Source of the DNA: Octopus sinensis
Lineage: Eukaryota
NCBI RefSeq assembly: GCF_006345805.1
Contig: NC_043003.1
Coordinates: 33,914,001-33,978,000, forward strand
Length of the DNA: 64,000 nucleotides
Direction of reading: 5' to 3'
A program made the position numbers and the translations under genes. Numbering within the stretch: the first letter of the stretch is position 1; each line of letters opens with the position of its first letter. Positions 39,376 to 52,904 of this stretch are shown here, piece by piece. The notes under the pieces were generated by a model. It had not been told where the DNA came from. It did not search any database and saw only the letters and a program-made list of their open reading frames with translations.

Positions 39376-41724
39376 ACATATATAAGGTCATTATGCAATG
39401 CTGCTAAAATTTCATCGATCGATCACGTTTGCCTGAGGTTGTAAAAATCCTCGTGAGTAATTATTGAGACACGTTTGGAATTCATTTTGGAAACTGAATG
39501 TTCTTAAAGACCTTTTTATTTCACTTTATATGATATATTTCTGAAATGAAAACATAGTAGTAACTTTTTGAGTCGCAGACCTGCACACGGAGGCCTAGTA
39601 AGTTCTGGGTGGACCTATTTTATAACTTGATTTGTATCTCTTATTAGAACTACAACGGTCCACGGGCACTAAAAGATAAAAGTGTCGAAAATGTACTTTT
39701 GTACTCAATATTTCAACCACTTGCGGTAAATTGGCAGATTTAGTCAGAAGATAAAGAAGAGCGCACATGACCCTTTCCAAGGCTTCTGAAATTTGTTCGG
39801 AGGAGAAAGCTATCTTCAGATCAGTGTCTTCATCTGAAAGAAAGCTTACATCCCAGACATAATCTATGTGCCAAGCTTTAAAATCATAGTTTGCAGATTG
39901 CACATTATGTGTCTGTCTATATCTACATTTTACTTTATATCAATACTTTCTTATTTAGACACACCAAAGGATATAGACGATGAAATGAAAAAGAATATAA
40001 GATAAAAGATAAATGGTGTATGTCACAGGAGAAAATTCTTCCATATTTGAAATTCTCGTTTACAAATAAAATCATCAAAATCTCAATCTAATTAATTATA
40101 ACAGCCATTTAATCTGAAAGAGAAAATGAAATGCTCATCGTAGCCAAATATAACCTGGACGTAGGAGAATGGAAAAACTGGCCTACTCTATGTAGCAATA
40201 GATTCGATTCTCAAATAAAGTCCTTGTCTCAGAAACGAAATATTAGTAACTATAGCAGTAGTCTGAAAATAGTCGTGAAGGTTACAGATAGTTTAATTAA
40301 TCAGAACTGCCCTACAATTAAAACTGAATACAATTCAAAATAAATATAGAAAAATGCTTGAATAAACCCCCATTTGTGTCAGTTATGATTTATGCCAGAA
40401 GCTTTTTTCCTCCATATCATTTCTTGTGCCATCGTTTTCAGTAACATGTTTCGGATTTCATTACATTTGATCTAAACACTGAATGCTTTTTCCTAAATTT
40501 ATATTTGCTTTTAATTTCTTAATTAAAACATTGTAAAATAACCCAAGAGTTGAGAAATATTTGAAAATATTTATATTTCAAATTCTTTTTATATTGAACG
40601 TTCATATGATGCGGTCGATAGTCGAATGGCTGTCTAGTCCATCAAATTATACGATATTCAACAATGTTGGGTGACTAAACAATATTTGGAGTGGTATCGC
40701 TGTAGTGTTGGTTACTGATTCGCAAGCTAGCATTGGTGAGTGCTTGGAACAAAATAAAATCATTTATTCCATTGAATCGCTCTGCTTTAGAAATGGTACG
40801 AAATTATATTATTTTATGCAGTATAATTTTATTGATTCGTATGAACTAATGTAGCAAGTTTTCCATTCTTTCCAATTTCACTAACGCTATCTCATGCGTC
40901 TGGAGTTATGAAGTCCTTCCAAAAAGCCATGTTGACCACACCAGACCTTTAACTTGTGTGTCAAATCACATTAGTCAATGGAAGTTAGTTTCTGTCTTTT
41001 ATTAAGTGTGTTCTTAACACCAATCTACAATAATGCTGCATAAATACAGTCGAGTCATTTATGGAATTATGTCTAGCATATGGTATTTTAGTACAATTTG
41101 ATTTTGTTTTTAATAATAACTCTATGTATCACCGCATTGAATATGTATTTTCCATCGAAAGAAAAAAAGAACATTGAAACTGGGAGCGTGTTATTGTATT
41201 TATAGGGTTTTAGTTCTAGGAGACAATATGTGAACCAATATATATAAAAATTCGTAGCTAGAATTTACAGGAGTTCCTTCGAAAATGTTGTGGTATACTT
41301 GTGTGACAAGGAAGCGCGTGCTTCTAATAAGTAGCAAGACATTCTTTAGTATTTTACTTAATACATTCGTGTGCTATAAGGTTACTTTTTCTGTTCCTGT
41401 GTTTAAATATCTTATCTATTATGCTCCGTTTACTTCTATTTATAGTAAAATCCACTTGTCAAGGTTCTGCAACAAGAAGGTTGAGCGTTTCAGAATATCT
41501 CCTAACACATGTTCTCGTACTACTTATTTAATAAATGTAGGTTGATGGAGATTGCATTTGTTTTTGTATACTGCTTCTTCATTTTGGGTTTTTGGTTGAG
41601 ATATTGTTTGCATGTGTTTAAACATTGTGTGTTGTCTGGGAAGCTTGAATTCTTTCTTGTTATTAGAGTTGTCTTTATGATAAATTTTCGGTTGCATTAT
41701 TTTAATTCACATGGTAATGATGGT

Positions 41725-42031
41725 GGAGGCACGTGGCCAAGTGATTAGAGCTGCAGACTCGCGATCGAGGAATCGCGGGTTCGAATCTCAGACCGGACGA
41801 TGTGTGTGTTTATGAGCGAAACACCTAATTTCCACGCGGCTCCGGCAGAAGGTAATGGCGAAACTTCTGCTGACTCTTTCGCCACAACTTTCTCTCACTC
41901 TTTCCTCCTGCATCTTGCAGCTCACCTGCGACGAACAGGCGTCCCGTCCATGTGGGGAACCTATGCCCCCAAGAAACCGGGAAACCGGCCCTTATGAGCC
42001 AGGCATGGCTCCAGAAGGAACAAACAACAAC
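41725..42031 (+). mobile_element. tRNA-derived SINE family C, full length with (AAC) tail
   Basis: Head GGAGGCACGTGGCCAAGTGATTAG..GGGTTCGAATC (A/B boxes), central body, caaacaacaac tail. Confidence 0.8.
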
Positions 42032-43146
42032 ATGATAATGATCCGTCAACCTAGAGACTTCATCCAAATTAAAGAGGAAATAAGTATGAAGATACAATGA
42101 GTTATTTTTTATATTTTTCTGCCACAACATGGAGTATATAGGAGAGAAAAAAAATACAACGTATTTCAAAGAAACAGTACTTTCTTGTTCTTGTTCTGTA
42201 CTTTACAAGATGTAATAACTTGTCCGGAACTTTTCCAAGTGCAGTAACTTGTCCTTTACTTTTCCAGATTTATAATATTATTTCTCTTGCTCGCATCTCC
42301 CCATAATATCCATGTTTTTTACAGGCTATGCTATTATGCTAATTAATAATGTGTCAAATGTGTCAATTAGCGGTGTAGTTGATATTTTTTTCTTTACCTC
42401 AATGATGCCGGCAACATATATTAAAAGTACCCCAAAACTATATTCATGAAAAAGTATCGAACTATATTATTACCCTCAAATTTGAGAAACAAACACTCAT
42501 ATCTTTTTTTCTTTTAAAAACTTCATTGCATGCTATTGATACCATGAAATTCTTCGAATTGAGCTCTATCATTTAAGCATAATTAAAATATAGTTTGTTT
42601 TTAAAATTATAAGGTTAATTGTACTTAAATCCAATTTTTTACCTTATATTTTTTCCTGATATTATACCTCACAACGTTTTTAATACAAACTTTTGTTGCA
42701 TGGGACCAAAACTATGAAATTCATCACGCTTACTTCTGTCATTGAAGCTTAAGATAAATATATTTTGCTTTTAAAATAAAAACAATTTATTTAGATCTAA
42801 ACTTGATTGGTGGCGTTACTTACTTCCCTATAACGTTGCTACATATTTTGATGTAAACTTTTTCTACTGGACCACAACACAATATTTTTATGCCAAAATG
42901 TAGCGAGGGACTAGTCCCCTTCAAAAAATGTCTTTTCTATTTGGTTAAGAACTGAATTAGTCACAAGCTCTGAACAATGCTGCGTGTGTGTAAATTGCGG
43001 CCTTAAGAATACTATTAAACTACTACCGTAGTTGGATTATAAGTATGTATGTATGTATGTATGTATGTATGTATGTATGTATGTATGTATGTATGTATGT
43101 ATGTATGTATCTATCTATCGATCTATCTATCTATCTAACTACCTAT

Positions 43147-44076
43147 GGCGGAGGTGGCGAACGCGTACATCGCATCCGTCATTGATTACCTCTGACCGTC
43201 CTGCCTTGTCTCGACCCTACCATCACAAAACTGGAACACTAACTCTTCCGCTTTTTGTGGGAGAGAAGCGTTCCGATGGTTAGGCGATCCATTTGCTGTC
43301 AACACCTGTAAAATACAGGTGGTTGATGATGCGCAGACATACAGTGAGACTGCGACATCTCCGGCACTTCATAGACGACGGTGAATAGGTGTGGTTGCCG
43401 TTTGAGCGGCGCGCTTTCCCGCAGCTCGTCTCTTTGGCCGAACTGCAGTCGTGGATCAAACAGAGACCGAGGCTAGGCGAATGGCACCGCGAGTGCCGCC
43501 TTGCTCTCAAGCAACTCTGCCGTCCAGGACCAAACTTGTGCGACTTCAATTCTGCAAAGGCGTTCTATAGAGGATTAGTGGAGGGGAGGTGCGATGACGT
43601 TCTCAGGCAGAATCTGGGCATCGACAAGGAACACCTGACCCGCCTGTTCAGGACGTTTCGGGGGCGGAACCACTTGAAAAGGTAGGTGAGAATAGAGAGA
43701 CAAGTTTTGTCTCGTGAAAGTTTCAATAAAAGGTGGGTGAATGTAGCAAAGATGGTACGTGCGAGTGTCGAAACCACTTTGAGCATGATCCTGTAAAGGA
43801 GAAGAGAGAGAGCACTTTGCTCTCATGTATTTGTTCCCTCCATTCCTGAGGTTGCTGTGGATTTTCCGTAGGCTTTTCTTTCCGCAGATAAACCTAATCT
43901 TGCTTTTTACATTTTTAATATTTTCTATGATACACGATCCCTTTTGTTGTTTTTTTTTCTCATGATCACTTTTGATCAGAATTTTGTTTTTCTCCTTTTT
44001 TCTATTTTCGAAAAGAAAAGATCTACATTGCATTTTGTCCCCTCTGAGTTCGGCCCTGTGTGGTTAATAAAGAAAC
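43147..44076 (+). mobile_element. 5'-truncated, internally deleted Tx1 copy
   Basis: AEVANAYIAS..LQSWIKQRPRLGEWHRECRLALKQLCRPG..FYRGLVEGR matches ORF2 at 46145-47827. It jumps from RLF..TF to HLK..VRIERQ (zinc-knuckle region lost) and ends CCTGTGTGGTTAATAAAGAAAC like the full copy. Confidence 0.92.
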
Positions 44077-44300
<224 letters not shown>

Positions 44301-45482
44301 TTGTTTCTTTACTACCCACAAGAGGCTAAACAGAGGACAATATATGTGTGTGTGTGCACGTGCGTGTTTGCATGCATATATGCGTCTGTGTGTGTGTGTA
44401 CAACGGAAAAACATATCACATAAGATATATGTTTGTAGAAGAACTGTTGTTGATTCAAAAGTGCATTACATGGAGTTTCATAAGCAAGAAAACGTAACGA
44501 ATCATAGCTGATGAGGATAATCTGAATGAATAGCCTCGTATTTTCGAGTCCAATAATTCGAAATTGGACCCTAGTGATGCAGCTACATTTTAACAAATTA
44601 TATTTCTGAATTCTTGTCTATATGATGGATGTACACAGACTGTAAAATTTTTAAAATAACATTTTAACAGTTGTCGAGAATTTATTTCCAAATCCATTAT
44701 TCATGTGCCTGATAAAGGGTGTGATTATTTATCAAATTATATTTATTAAATTATTGCTATACTGCGCCTAGGTAATCCTTTCATTCGCTAGAAACACCTA
44801 TAACTTGACTTCCGATGAAATACAATAAGGATTCGTTGAAGGGTATTTTATAACTAAAGGGCCAAATGTTCAAGTTTTGAGTGCATTTGAGCATAGCTCT
44901 CTTTGATTAAGATTGATATGATCTAACCATCATTGCAAATATGCACTGCGTACCTTTTAGTATGAGACTCAATATTTTAAGAATGCAATTTTCCGGGAAT
45001 TGATTTATCGTATTAGAAGTTGCAGACAGTATTATCACCTAATCAAAATACGTCCTTAATGCCATGAAATGCTACTCAAGGTTCCATGACATTAGAGATA
45101 TTACTATAAGTAGGCATTATGCAGCTGTTGAGATAAGAGGTTACAAGGGATGCATTCAAAGAAAGAATATGGAAATCCTCAAAGCTTCTGTTAAAGTTAA
45201 TGCCTTTGTGCTCTCTTTGTAATCTCACACAAAAATTTCATTTAAAATTCAGAGATCTTAGTCGGAAGGGAAGTTGTAAGTTTATTCAAAACCAGTTACT
45301 TAAAGTAGAATAGGAATCATTGCAGATCGAGAGTCAACCAACTGCACCATTTATCTGTACAAAGTACTTCGAACACAAAGGCATGTCTACAGAGAGTTTT
45401 CTAAAATTTAAATAGACATATACTCATAGCAGTTAGCAGAAATCAATCGAATTTTAAAAAAAGCGTAATCTATACAGCTAAA

Positions 45483-45741
<259 letters not shown>

Positions 45742-46144
45742 TGTTTCTTTATTAGCCACACAGGGTTGCACACAGATAGACCAAATTACAAGGTAGAGCT
45801 TTTCTTTTGAAGGTTTAAAAAAAAAAAAATAATAATAATAATAAAATAAAAAATAAAATAAAATAAAAAAGGGGGGGTCGATCAAAAGGGATCGTAAAAG
45901 GAGAGAAAGAGGACAAAAAAAGGGGGAGGTTAAAAAAAAAGGGGGAGAGGAAAAAAAATTGATCAATAGGGATCGTTATCACAGAAATGTCAATATGAAG
46001 TGTAAAGGGGAGGACAGGTGAGGTTTACCCGTGGAAAGAAAAGCCTACGGAAAAGACCACGGTAACCTCGGTCAATGAAGTCACATGTTATATTTCTTTT
46101 TTTTTTTTTGCAAATAAGCAACTCTCTGTATTAATTTTTACGGT

Positions 46145-49100
46145 TCATAGAATCATAGTCAAGGTGGCTTCGTCATTCATACGTGCCATCCTTGCTACAT
46201 TCACCCATCTTTTTTTAAAACATTCACTAGACAAAACTTGCCTCTCTACTCTCACTTTTTTCTTCAAGTGATACTTGAAGAAGTTGATGAGAGATTGACC
46301 AGAGAGGAAAGTGTTTGTCTCTAATCCTTTCAGACGCGTCCACCAGATACATTCTTTCGCCATAGCCACAAGTATGATAAAAATAGCTCTTCCTTCCCGT
46401 TTGAAGGAAGGAGGCGTGACGATATTAACGATAGACTCGGCTGATAAACCGACACGTCCCACACGTGACAGCAGTCGTTCGACATAAGCCCACAGGTTGG
46501 AAATTGTTGGACACTGCACGATTGCGTGCAGAGCGGTTTCGTCGCTCTGCCCGCATCTCGGGCAGGTCGGCCCCGTGTTTCTCGAGCCATGCCTATAGAG
46601 CTTATCCCGAACGGGTAGCGCTTCTCGGTAGCACCGCCAGGCCAGGGATCTCTGGAAGTTGTCCATAGGTCCCGGGCCGAAAGTCGTTTGAAACAGGCGG
46701 GTCAGGTATTCCTCGTCGACGCCCAGGTTTGCCCCGAGCTCGTCGTCGTACCTCCCCTCCACTAATCCCCTATAGAATGCTTTGGTTGTGTTGAAGTCAC
46801 TCAAGGTCGACCCGGGACGGCAGAGTTGCTTGAGAGCAACGCGACACTCGCGGTGCCATTCGCCCTTCTTCGGCCTCTTTTTGATCCACGACTGTAGTTC
46901 GGTCATGGAGACGAGTTGCGGGAATGCGTGCCTCACAAACGGCGACCACACCTGTTCACCGTCGTCTACATAGAGCCGGAGATGTCGCAGTCTCAGCGCG
47001 TGTCTGCGCATCATCAACCACGGCATGCCCAGCCCTCCTTTTAACGGGTGTTGACAGCAAATGGATCGCCTGACCATCGGGACGCATCCTTTCCACAAGA
47101 AGCGGAAGAGGATGCGTTCTAGTTTGGTGATGGTAGGGTCGGGACAAGGTACGACGGTCAGGCGGTAGTAGATGATGGACGCGATGTACGCGTTCACCAC
47201 CTCCGCCCGACCTTTTAGGGACAGTTTCCTCTCGGCCCATTGCTGGGCGAGAGTGACCACCCTACTCGTTATCTCGTTCCAGTTCTTCTCCATTTGGAGG
47301 TCCGGACCGAACCAGACCCCGAGCAACTCAACCGGGCCGTCTGTCCAGCGTCCCACGACGGAGGTACTGGTGGACGGCATGGGCTTGCTTCTCCAGGTGC
47401 CGAGCCGCAAGCCCACTGACTTTTCCCGGTTGATTTTTGCTCCTGTCACCGCTTCGTAGTCTTTCAGTGTCTCGCCGACCCGCTCGATGTGCTCGTGGCT
47501 TGACACTATGACGGTGACGTCGTCCGCGTATGCAGACACGCTCGTCCCGCATCCTAATTCTCGCGGGATGCCCCTCAGAGTCGCCAGCTTCCGCAGTAGT
47601 GGCTCAAGAGTCAATACGTATAGAAGCGCCGAGAGGGGGCATCCCTGACGGACCGAACGTGCAATGTCGAAGGGTCTCGATAGATGTCCATTTACGCGAA
47701 TTACCGAACGGATGCCTCTGTACAAGGCAGCTATCCAGCCGCGGAAGACGGGACCGAAACCAGCCGCTCTCAGGACTGCCTCCAAGTATCGATGGTCTAC
47801 CCTATCAAAGGCTTTCGATTGATCCAAGTTGATCAGGCCCCACCCATGCCAGGTTCGTTAACTACCCTGTCTATGATGTAGCGCATCAGATGGAGGTTGT
47901 CATGGATGCTCCGGCCCGGCACGGCGCACGTTTGTGCGTTGTCGACCAGTTTCTCCATGACAAGCGCCAACCTCTTGGCTAACACCTTTGTCAAAATTTT
48001 CAGGTCTGCATTGAGCAGAGTGATTGGCCTAAAGTTATCTATAATGTTTCCCTTGTTTGGATCTTTCTTCAGCAGAGTTACAGCTCCTCGACTCACAAAA
48101 CCGGGTATGCTCCCGTTTTGCTGCCAGTTGCAGTATACCGCTGCCAAGACGTCTCCAAACAAGTCTGGCATACAATAGTAAAATTCGTAGGGTAGACCAT
48201 CCAAACCCGGTGATTTGTCCCTCGAGCATTCTGCCATCGCTTCCCGCACTTCCGCCGCCGTGATGGCACCTTCGCAGCACCCTGCCTTTCTTGTCGAGAG
48301 TCGTGGCAGGCTATGTAGGTAGGCACTGAAGTCTACCCTACGTTCTTGCCCTCCACTCGTCCCGAACAGTCGGGCAAAATGCTGCTGAAAGGCCTCACAC
48401 ATTTTACTTGGCTCGAGCAATTCGCGCCCCTGTTCATCTACCAGTGACCGAATGGTGGCTTTGTTGCCCTGTTGCGCCTCTGCCACCCGGGCCTCTCTCG
48501 CGGCTCCAACACCTTCGTTCCTTAGAGCACGCATCCTAGCTCTGACAGCACATCCTTCGTGTTTGGCGTTGAAGTGTTGGTCGAGGGCCAACCTCGCCGC
48601 CAAAACGTCGGATGCGATGCCGCTTCTAATTGCCTCTTCTAGCTTCTTAACTAGCTCACCCTCTACTCTATTTCTATCTATGGCTAGTGCTTTGCTGTAC
48701 CTAATCGCTTCTGCTTTTACTGCTCTCTTGAGGGCAAACCACCATTTGTTGTTGATGATGGCTCCCGTCAAAGCCCTCTTTACTAGTGTGCTAATCCGGT
48801 CTCTGAAAACTTGTCTGGACGGGAATGATGCGTTCAGTTTCCAGTACCCAGGACCCTGTCTATGTGCCTTATCTAAGTCTAGCGTACACGTCACCAATTT
48901 GTGATCCGTGTAGCTGACTGTGTGGAATTGTGGACATCCTAAGTTATCCTTGTCTACTGTCCTACACAGTATCCTATCTAGATACGATCTCGACGACCCA
49001 CTGCGGTTGCTCCATGTCCACGTTGGTGCATTTGGGTGGTCGAGTCGGTACCTGTCAGACAGTTGGAATCGTCTGAGCAGGTCTCTGAGGCATTTGCATC

Positions 49101-49581
49101 CCCTTCTGTTTCTGTCTCTACCCACGTAGTCTACATGCGTGTCCAAGGTAGCATTCCAATCCCCCACTAAGAGTAAAGGACGAGACGTTCCCAAGAATAC
49201 TTCTAGACGTCGAAAGAAATCCGCCCGACCTGTTAAGGGCGGTGCGTAGACTGATACGAGTCGAAAAGCGCACCCATTGCTGCCGTCAACATCCAGAACG
49301 ATCAGTCTACCCTCCGGGTCTACGAATATCGTCTTGACTTCGAGATCCAGGCTCTTGTGAAAAAGTACCGCGGTGCCACTACCGCCCATCCTCGGCAGAC
49401 AGGGAGCGAAATAAATGTTAAACTGTCCGCCAAACATGGACTTTAGGGCCCGTGGCTCGTGGAGTCTGGTCTCACTTATGGCTATGATTCCCAAATCATG
49501 TGACTTGATGTCATTTAGGAGGTATCCTTGTTTCCAAGGAGACCCCAAGCCACGCGCATTCACACAACCAATCTTGACCAT
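46145..49581 (-). CDS. Tx1 ORF2: AP endonuclease, reverse transcriptase, zinc knuckle; single 1-nt frameshift at ~47830
   Basis: VNARGL, SETRL, VYAP, GDWN, YLDRI, TDH, YWKLN; KSPGLDG, NFRPITLLN, DQSKAFDRV, VRQGCPLS, AYADD; CPRCGQSDETALHAIVQC. Restoring one C (gccctg) gives GALINLDQSKAF. Confidence 0.93.
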
Positions 49582-49631
49582 GATTCTATTGGGGTGTGTG
49601 CTTTAAAACACACAAATGAAAGTACAGAGAG

Positions 49632-51740
49632 TTACTTACTTGTGTCGAAAGTTTTGGCTTCCTCGTTCTTTGATGTGTCTTCGAGGAGGTTTCTATATAG
49701 TTTTTGGGACAGATATTTCTGGAAACCCCCTACAGCATTTGGGAAGAGGGCTTTGAGTTTGTGGTGTTGTGTTTGTGTGATGTGTAGTATTTTGATGTGT
49801 TTGGGTGGTGTAGTGCGTGGATGATTGCTATTTTTAAAGTCATCTTCACAAATGTTTGTGTATCCTGTGATGTACTCCATTAGTTTGGAGTCTTTTGTGT
49901 CTATCGCTGATAGCATTGTTTTTGTGGTGTTGGTGCTTGTTTTGTTGTGTATGGAGTTTTCAGGGTTCAGGTATCTCCCTGCTTTGGTTGCGATTTCTTG
50001 TTTGGTTTTTCTTGATCTTTTTCTTTTACCCCCTGTGGCTATTTGCCATTCTGTCGAACTTTCATCGTTAGATGAAAAGTCTGACGAATCAGCAGGGGGC
50101 AAGGGTAAAGCGTCTGGGTGTGTTTGTGCGGTTGTAGATATTGTTGTGGTGCGCGGGGAGGGTGTTGCTGGGGGGTTTGTTGTGGTTATTGTCTCTCCTA
50201 CATCCTTGGTGCTTGTCTTCTTCGTTGTTATTCTTGGTGTTGGAATTGGTTTATTTGTTGTTGGTGGTGATGATTCTGTTCTTGGCGCTGGTGTTGGTGT
50301 TGTTTGGTTGGGTTGGCTTGTTCTTTGTTGTTTTTCCTGCATTTCCGCATACAGCTTCTTGACTAGCTGTCCATATTGTGGTGTGGGCAATAATCCTGGC
50401 TTTTGTGATTTTTCCTGTGGCTGTTGTTGTTGTTGTAATTTTGCGGCAGATTTGCACTCCTTTTTGAGGTGTGCCTCACTGCCACATGTATAGCATCGTG
50501 GCCTTCTGCCCTCGACTACTACGTATAACTTGCGGCCATCCTCAAGATGTACGTGGGTGGGGATTTTATTTATGTCCTCTTGACTTATGTGGAAGAGGAA
50601 CTCTATTCTCTTTCCCAGCCAGTCCTTGTTTTCCGAAACACCGATATCTAGGATGTTTATGTCCTCCATTTCGGATGTTAAGGCGGATGTAATCCACAGT
50701 GTTGTAGTCACTTGGGGGACACCACTGATAATGACTTTCGTCACCTTCTGGCCGAGGTAACTCGGTGTCAACGTTAGTTCATCAGAATGAAGGGTTATCG
50801 TTGAGAATTTCTTCGCCAACTCTTCATTCTGAAAAACCACCTGTACGTGTGCGAACTTGTTCGCCCAAGTCACACAATCCTTGTATCCCCAGATGGGGCG
50901 TAAGCACTTTTCGACTTTGTCTGTGCTTGCCTTTTCTGGACTTTTTGTTTTTTTATTTGTGATTTTATATACAATTGTCTTTTTTTTCTCCTCATTCAGT
51001 ATGTGCTGAGGTATGTGTAAGAGTATTTTTCCGTTTTGATTTGTAATAAGGTTTCTGCAATCTTTAATCTGTTGTGTAGTAAACGAAACTTTTGTTACCT
51101 TTTCTTTTATCGCCTCGGCGAAGTTTGTTGTTGTTTTGTTATTGTTGTTACTGCCGGTGGTGTTGGTGTTGATGGCAGGGGTGTGGGTTGTAGGTTTGTG
51201 GTTGCTGATTATGCAACTAGCAAGGGGTGGAAAATTGCCTGCGTAATTTAGTCTTGCATTAGCGCAAATTTCGGCATTTCGTTTGCTTGTCGTCGTTATT
51301 TTTTCACTTGTTGGTGATGGAGTGAGCAGTGGTTGAAGGGAATTGTTGTTGTCGTCGTCGTTGTTGTTGTTGTTGTTGTTGTTGTTGTTATTGTCGTTCT
51401 TGGTGACGGCGGTGGTGTTAGTAGTATTAGTAGCATTGACGGCACGGTCTTTGGTGGCGGTGATGTTGGTATTGTTATTGGTGGCGACGTCTTTAGTAGG
51501 GATAGCAGTTTTAGTAGCAGATTCTGCCATGGTGTTGTTGTCGGTGTTGGTGGTGGTGGTGGACTCACTGATGGTGTTGACGGTGCTTGGCCTTGCGACC
51601 TTTGTTTTGTATTTGTTGCTGTTGTCGATGTTGATGGTGGCGGAGTTGTCAGGTTCAGCGTAAGGTAACAGAGCATCCTGTTTTTCTGCCTCTGCGTCAC
51701 GCTTGACTTGCACCTCAGCCTCGTGGTGACCAGTGGCCAT
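49632..51740 (-). CDS. Tx1 ORF1 (gag-like nucleic-acid-binding protein, ~702 aa from ATG 51740)
   Basis: Open frame directly upstream of ORF2; CCHC knuckle CYTCGSEAHLKKEC; basic WQIATGGKRKRSRK; T/N-rich and Q/P/T-rich low-complexity tracts. Confidence 0.88.
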   Translation of the reverse strand: MATGHHEAEVQVKRDAEAEKQDALLPYAEPDNSATINIDNSNKYKTKVARPSTVNTISESTTTTNTDNNTMAESATKTAIPTKDVATNNNTNITATKDRAVNATNTTNTTAVTKNDNNNNNNNNNNNDDDNNNSLQPLLTPSPTSEKITTTSKRNAEICANARLNYAGNFPPLASCIISNHKPTTHTPAINTNTTGSNNNNKTTTNFAEAIKEKVTKVSFTTQQIKDCRNLITNQNGKILLHIPQHILNEEKKKTIVYKITNKKTKSPEKASTDKVEKCLRPIWGYKDCVTWANKFAHVQVVFQNEELAKKFSTITLHSDELTLTPSYLGQKVTKVIISGVPQVTTTLWITSALTSEMEDINILDIGVSENKDWLGKRIEFLFHISQEDINKIPTHVHLEDGRKLYVVVEGRRPRCYTCGSEAHLKKECKSAAKLQQQQQPQEKSQKPGLLPTPQYGQLVKKLYAEMQEKQQRTSQPNQTTPTPAPRTESSPPTTNKPIPTPRITTKKTSTKDVGETITTTNPPATPSPRTTTISTTAQTHPDALPLPPADSSDFSSNDESSTEWQIATGGKRKRSRKTKQEIATKAGRYLNPENSIHNKTSTNTTKTMLSAIDTKDSKLMEYITGYTNICEDDFKNSNHPRTTPPKHIKILHITQTQHHKLKALFPNAVGGFQKYLSQKLYRNLLEDTSKNEEAKTFDTSK

Positions 51741-51961
51741 TTTGGAAATAAAATGGCTAAATGAAACCACGAAGGCTATGAGAATTTTTTCTTTTAAATT
51801 TTGCCCACAAGGGGCAAAATTTGTGTAGATATTAATCAAGGTTTGCAGTGGATGTTGTTGCACAACTTTTAAACAGAAAATATTTCACAATAAACAATTT
51901 TCAACGTACAAAATGACCAACTTACGTGGAGCCCATTTGACTAGCGTCCGTCCATGTCGAG

Positions 51962-52019
<58 letters not shown>

Positions 52020-52046
52020 GTAGATAGATAGATAGATAGATAGATA
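51962..52046. repeat. (GATA)n microsatellite at the 5' flank of Tx1
   Basis: Direct reading. Confidence 0.98.
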
Positions 52047-52049
52047 ACG

Positions 52050-52255
52050 GGAAGCGTTATGAAAATAAACAAAAGACGAAGGCAGGTGGAATACAAACAA
52101 ACAATTGTATTAGTATGGCGCTCAGGAATATAAATAAAACAAGTCTTTTACGTTTCGAGCCTACGCTCTTCAACAGAAAGATACACAGAAAAGAAACACG
52201 GAAAGAAACAAGGAGAGAAAAAAAATGCGTGCAGAAGCAACATGATAGATATCGG
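52050..52255 (-). mobile_element. Penelope-like tail repeat with a minimal hammerhead-like motif (52144-52181)
   Basis: Minus strand TCTTT-CTGTTGA-A-GAGC-GTAG-GCTC-GAAAC-GT-A-AAAGA; paralog at 11320-11460. Confidence 0.7.
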
Positions 52256-52846
52256 TCTGCCTATCAATTCGTCTGTCTGACTATCACTCTCTCTCCCTCT
52301 ATCTATCTATCTACCTATTTATCCATCAACCGATCACAGTGTTAGTATATATGTGTGTATGAGAACCTATATATGTGTCTATATACACACATGCAGACAC
52401 ACAGATACACACACATACACAAAAGCCAGAAACATTCACAAAATGTGTATATACCTATGTGTGTGTGTGCCTGCATGTGTGTATGTGTGTGTGTATGTGT
52501 ATGGCTGTGTGTTAGTGGGTGTCTTGTAAAAAGAAAATGTCAGAATAGAGTAGCTTCTTTCTTTTGTCCGTTTTGCATTTTACCTTTTTGTTTTCTCGAA
52601 GTTTTATAATTATGCGTTTGAAGCACATGCAGTCGAGGCCTTCTACATTTCTTGAACTTATACAATAATACGGGGCTACAACGGTACTTTTACATTGTAA
52701 TGAAGTGTAAAATTAAGTCCCAAAATTTAATAACATTAAAATATGAGTCACAGTACACATATAAAATCTAAGCAAAATGTATATCGCCTGTGCTACGATA
52801 TATAAATACGTCCACACACATACCCTCAAAACAAACAAAATCACGC

Positions 52847-52904
<58 letters not shown>

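Larger units (their letters stand above)
45742..51961 (-). mobile_element. Full-length Tx1/L1-clade non-LTR retrotransposon (~6.2 kb)
   Basis: ~220-nt 5'UTR, ORF1, 50-nt spacer, ORF2, ~400-nt T-rich 3'UTR ending AATAAAGAAAC; (TATC)n in element sense on both flanks. Confidence 0.95.

Noticed and set aside
39595-39903. 102-aa ORF in unique sequence and a nearby 51-nt minus-strand exon candidate (39175-39225)
   Set aside because: No recognisable domain; weak acceptor; equally plausible plus-strand splice readings.
44500-44560. CTGATGAGG...CCTC hammerhead-like string
   Set aside because: No GAAA after stem II and no stem I.
48452-50493. Plus-strand ORFs of 150-222 aa opposite Tx1 ORF1/ORF2
   Set aside because: Antisense shadows of GC-rich or low-complexity coding sequence; no motifs.
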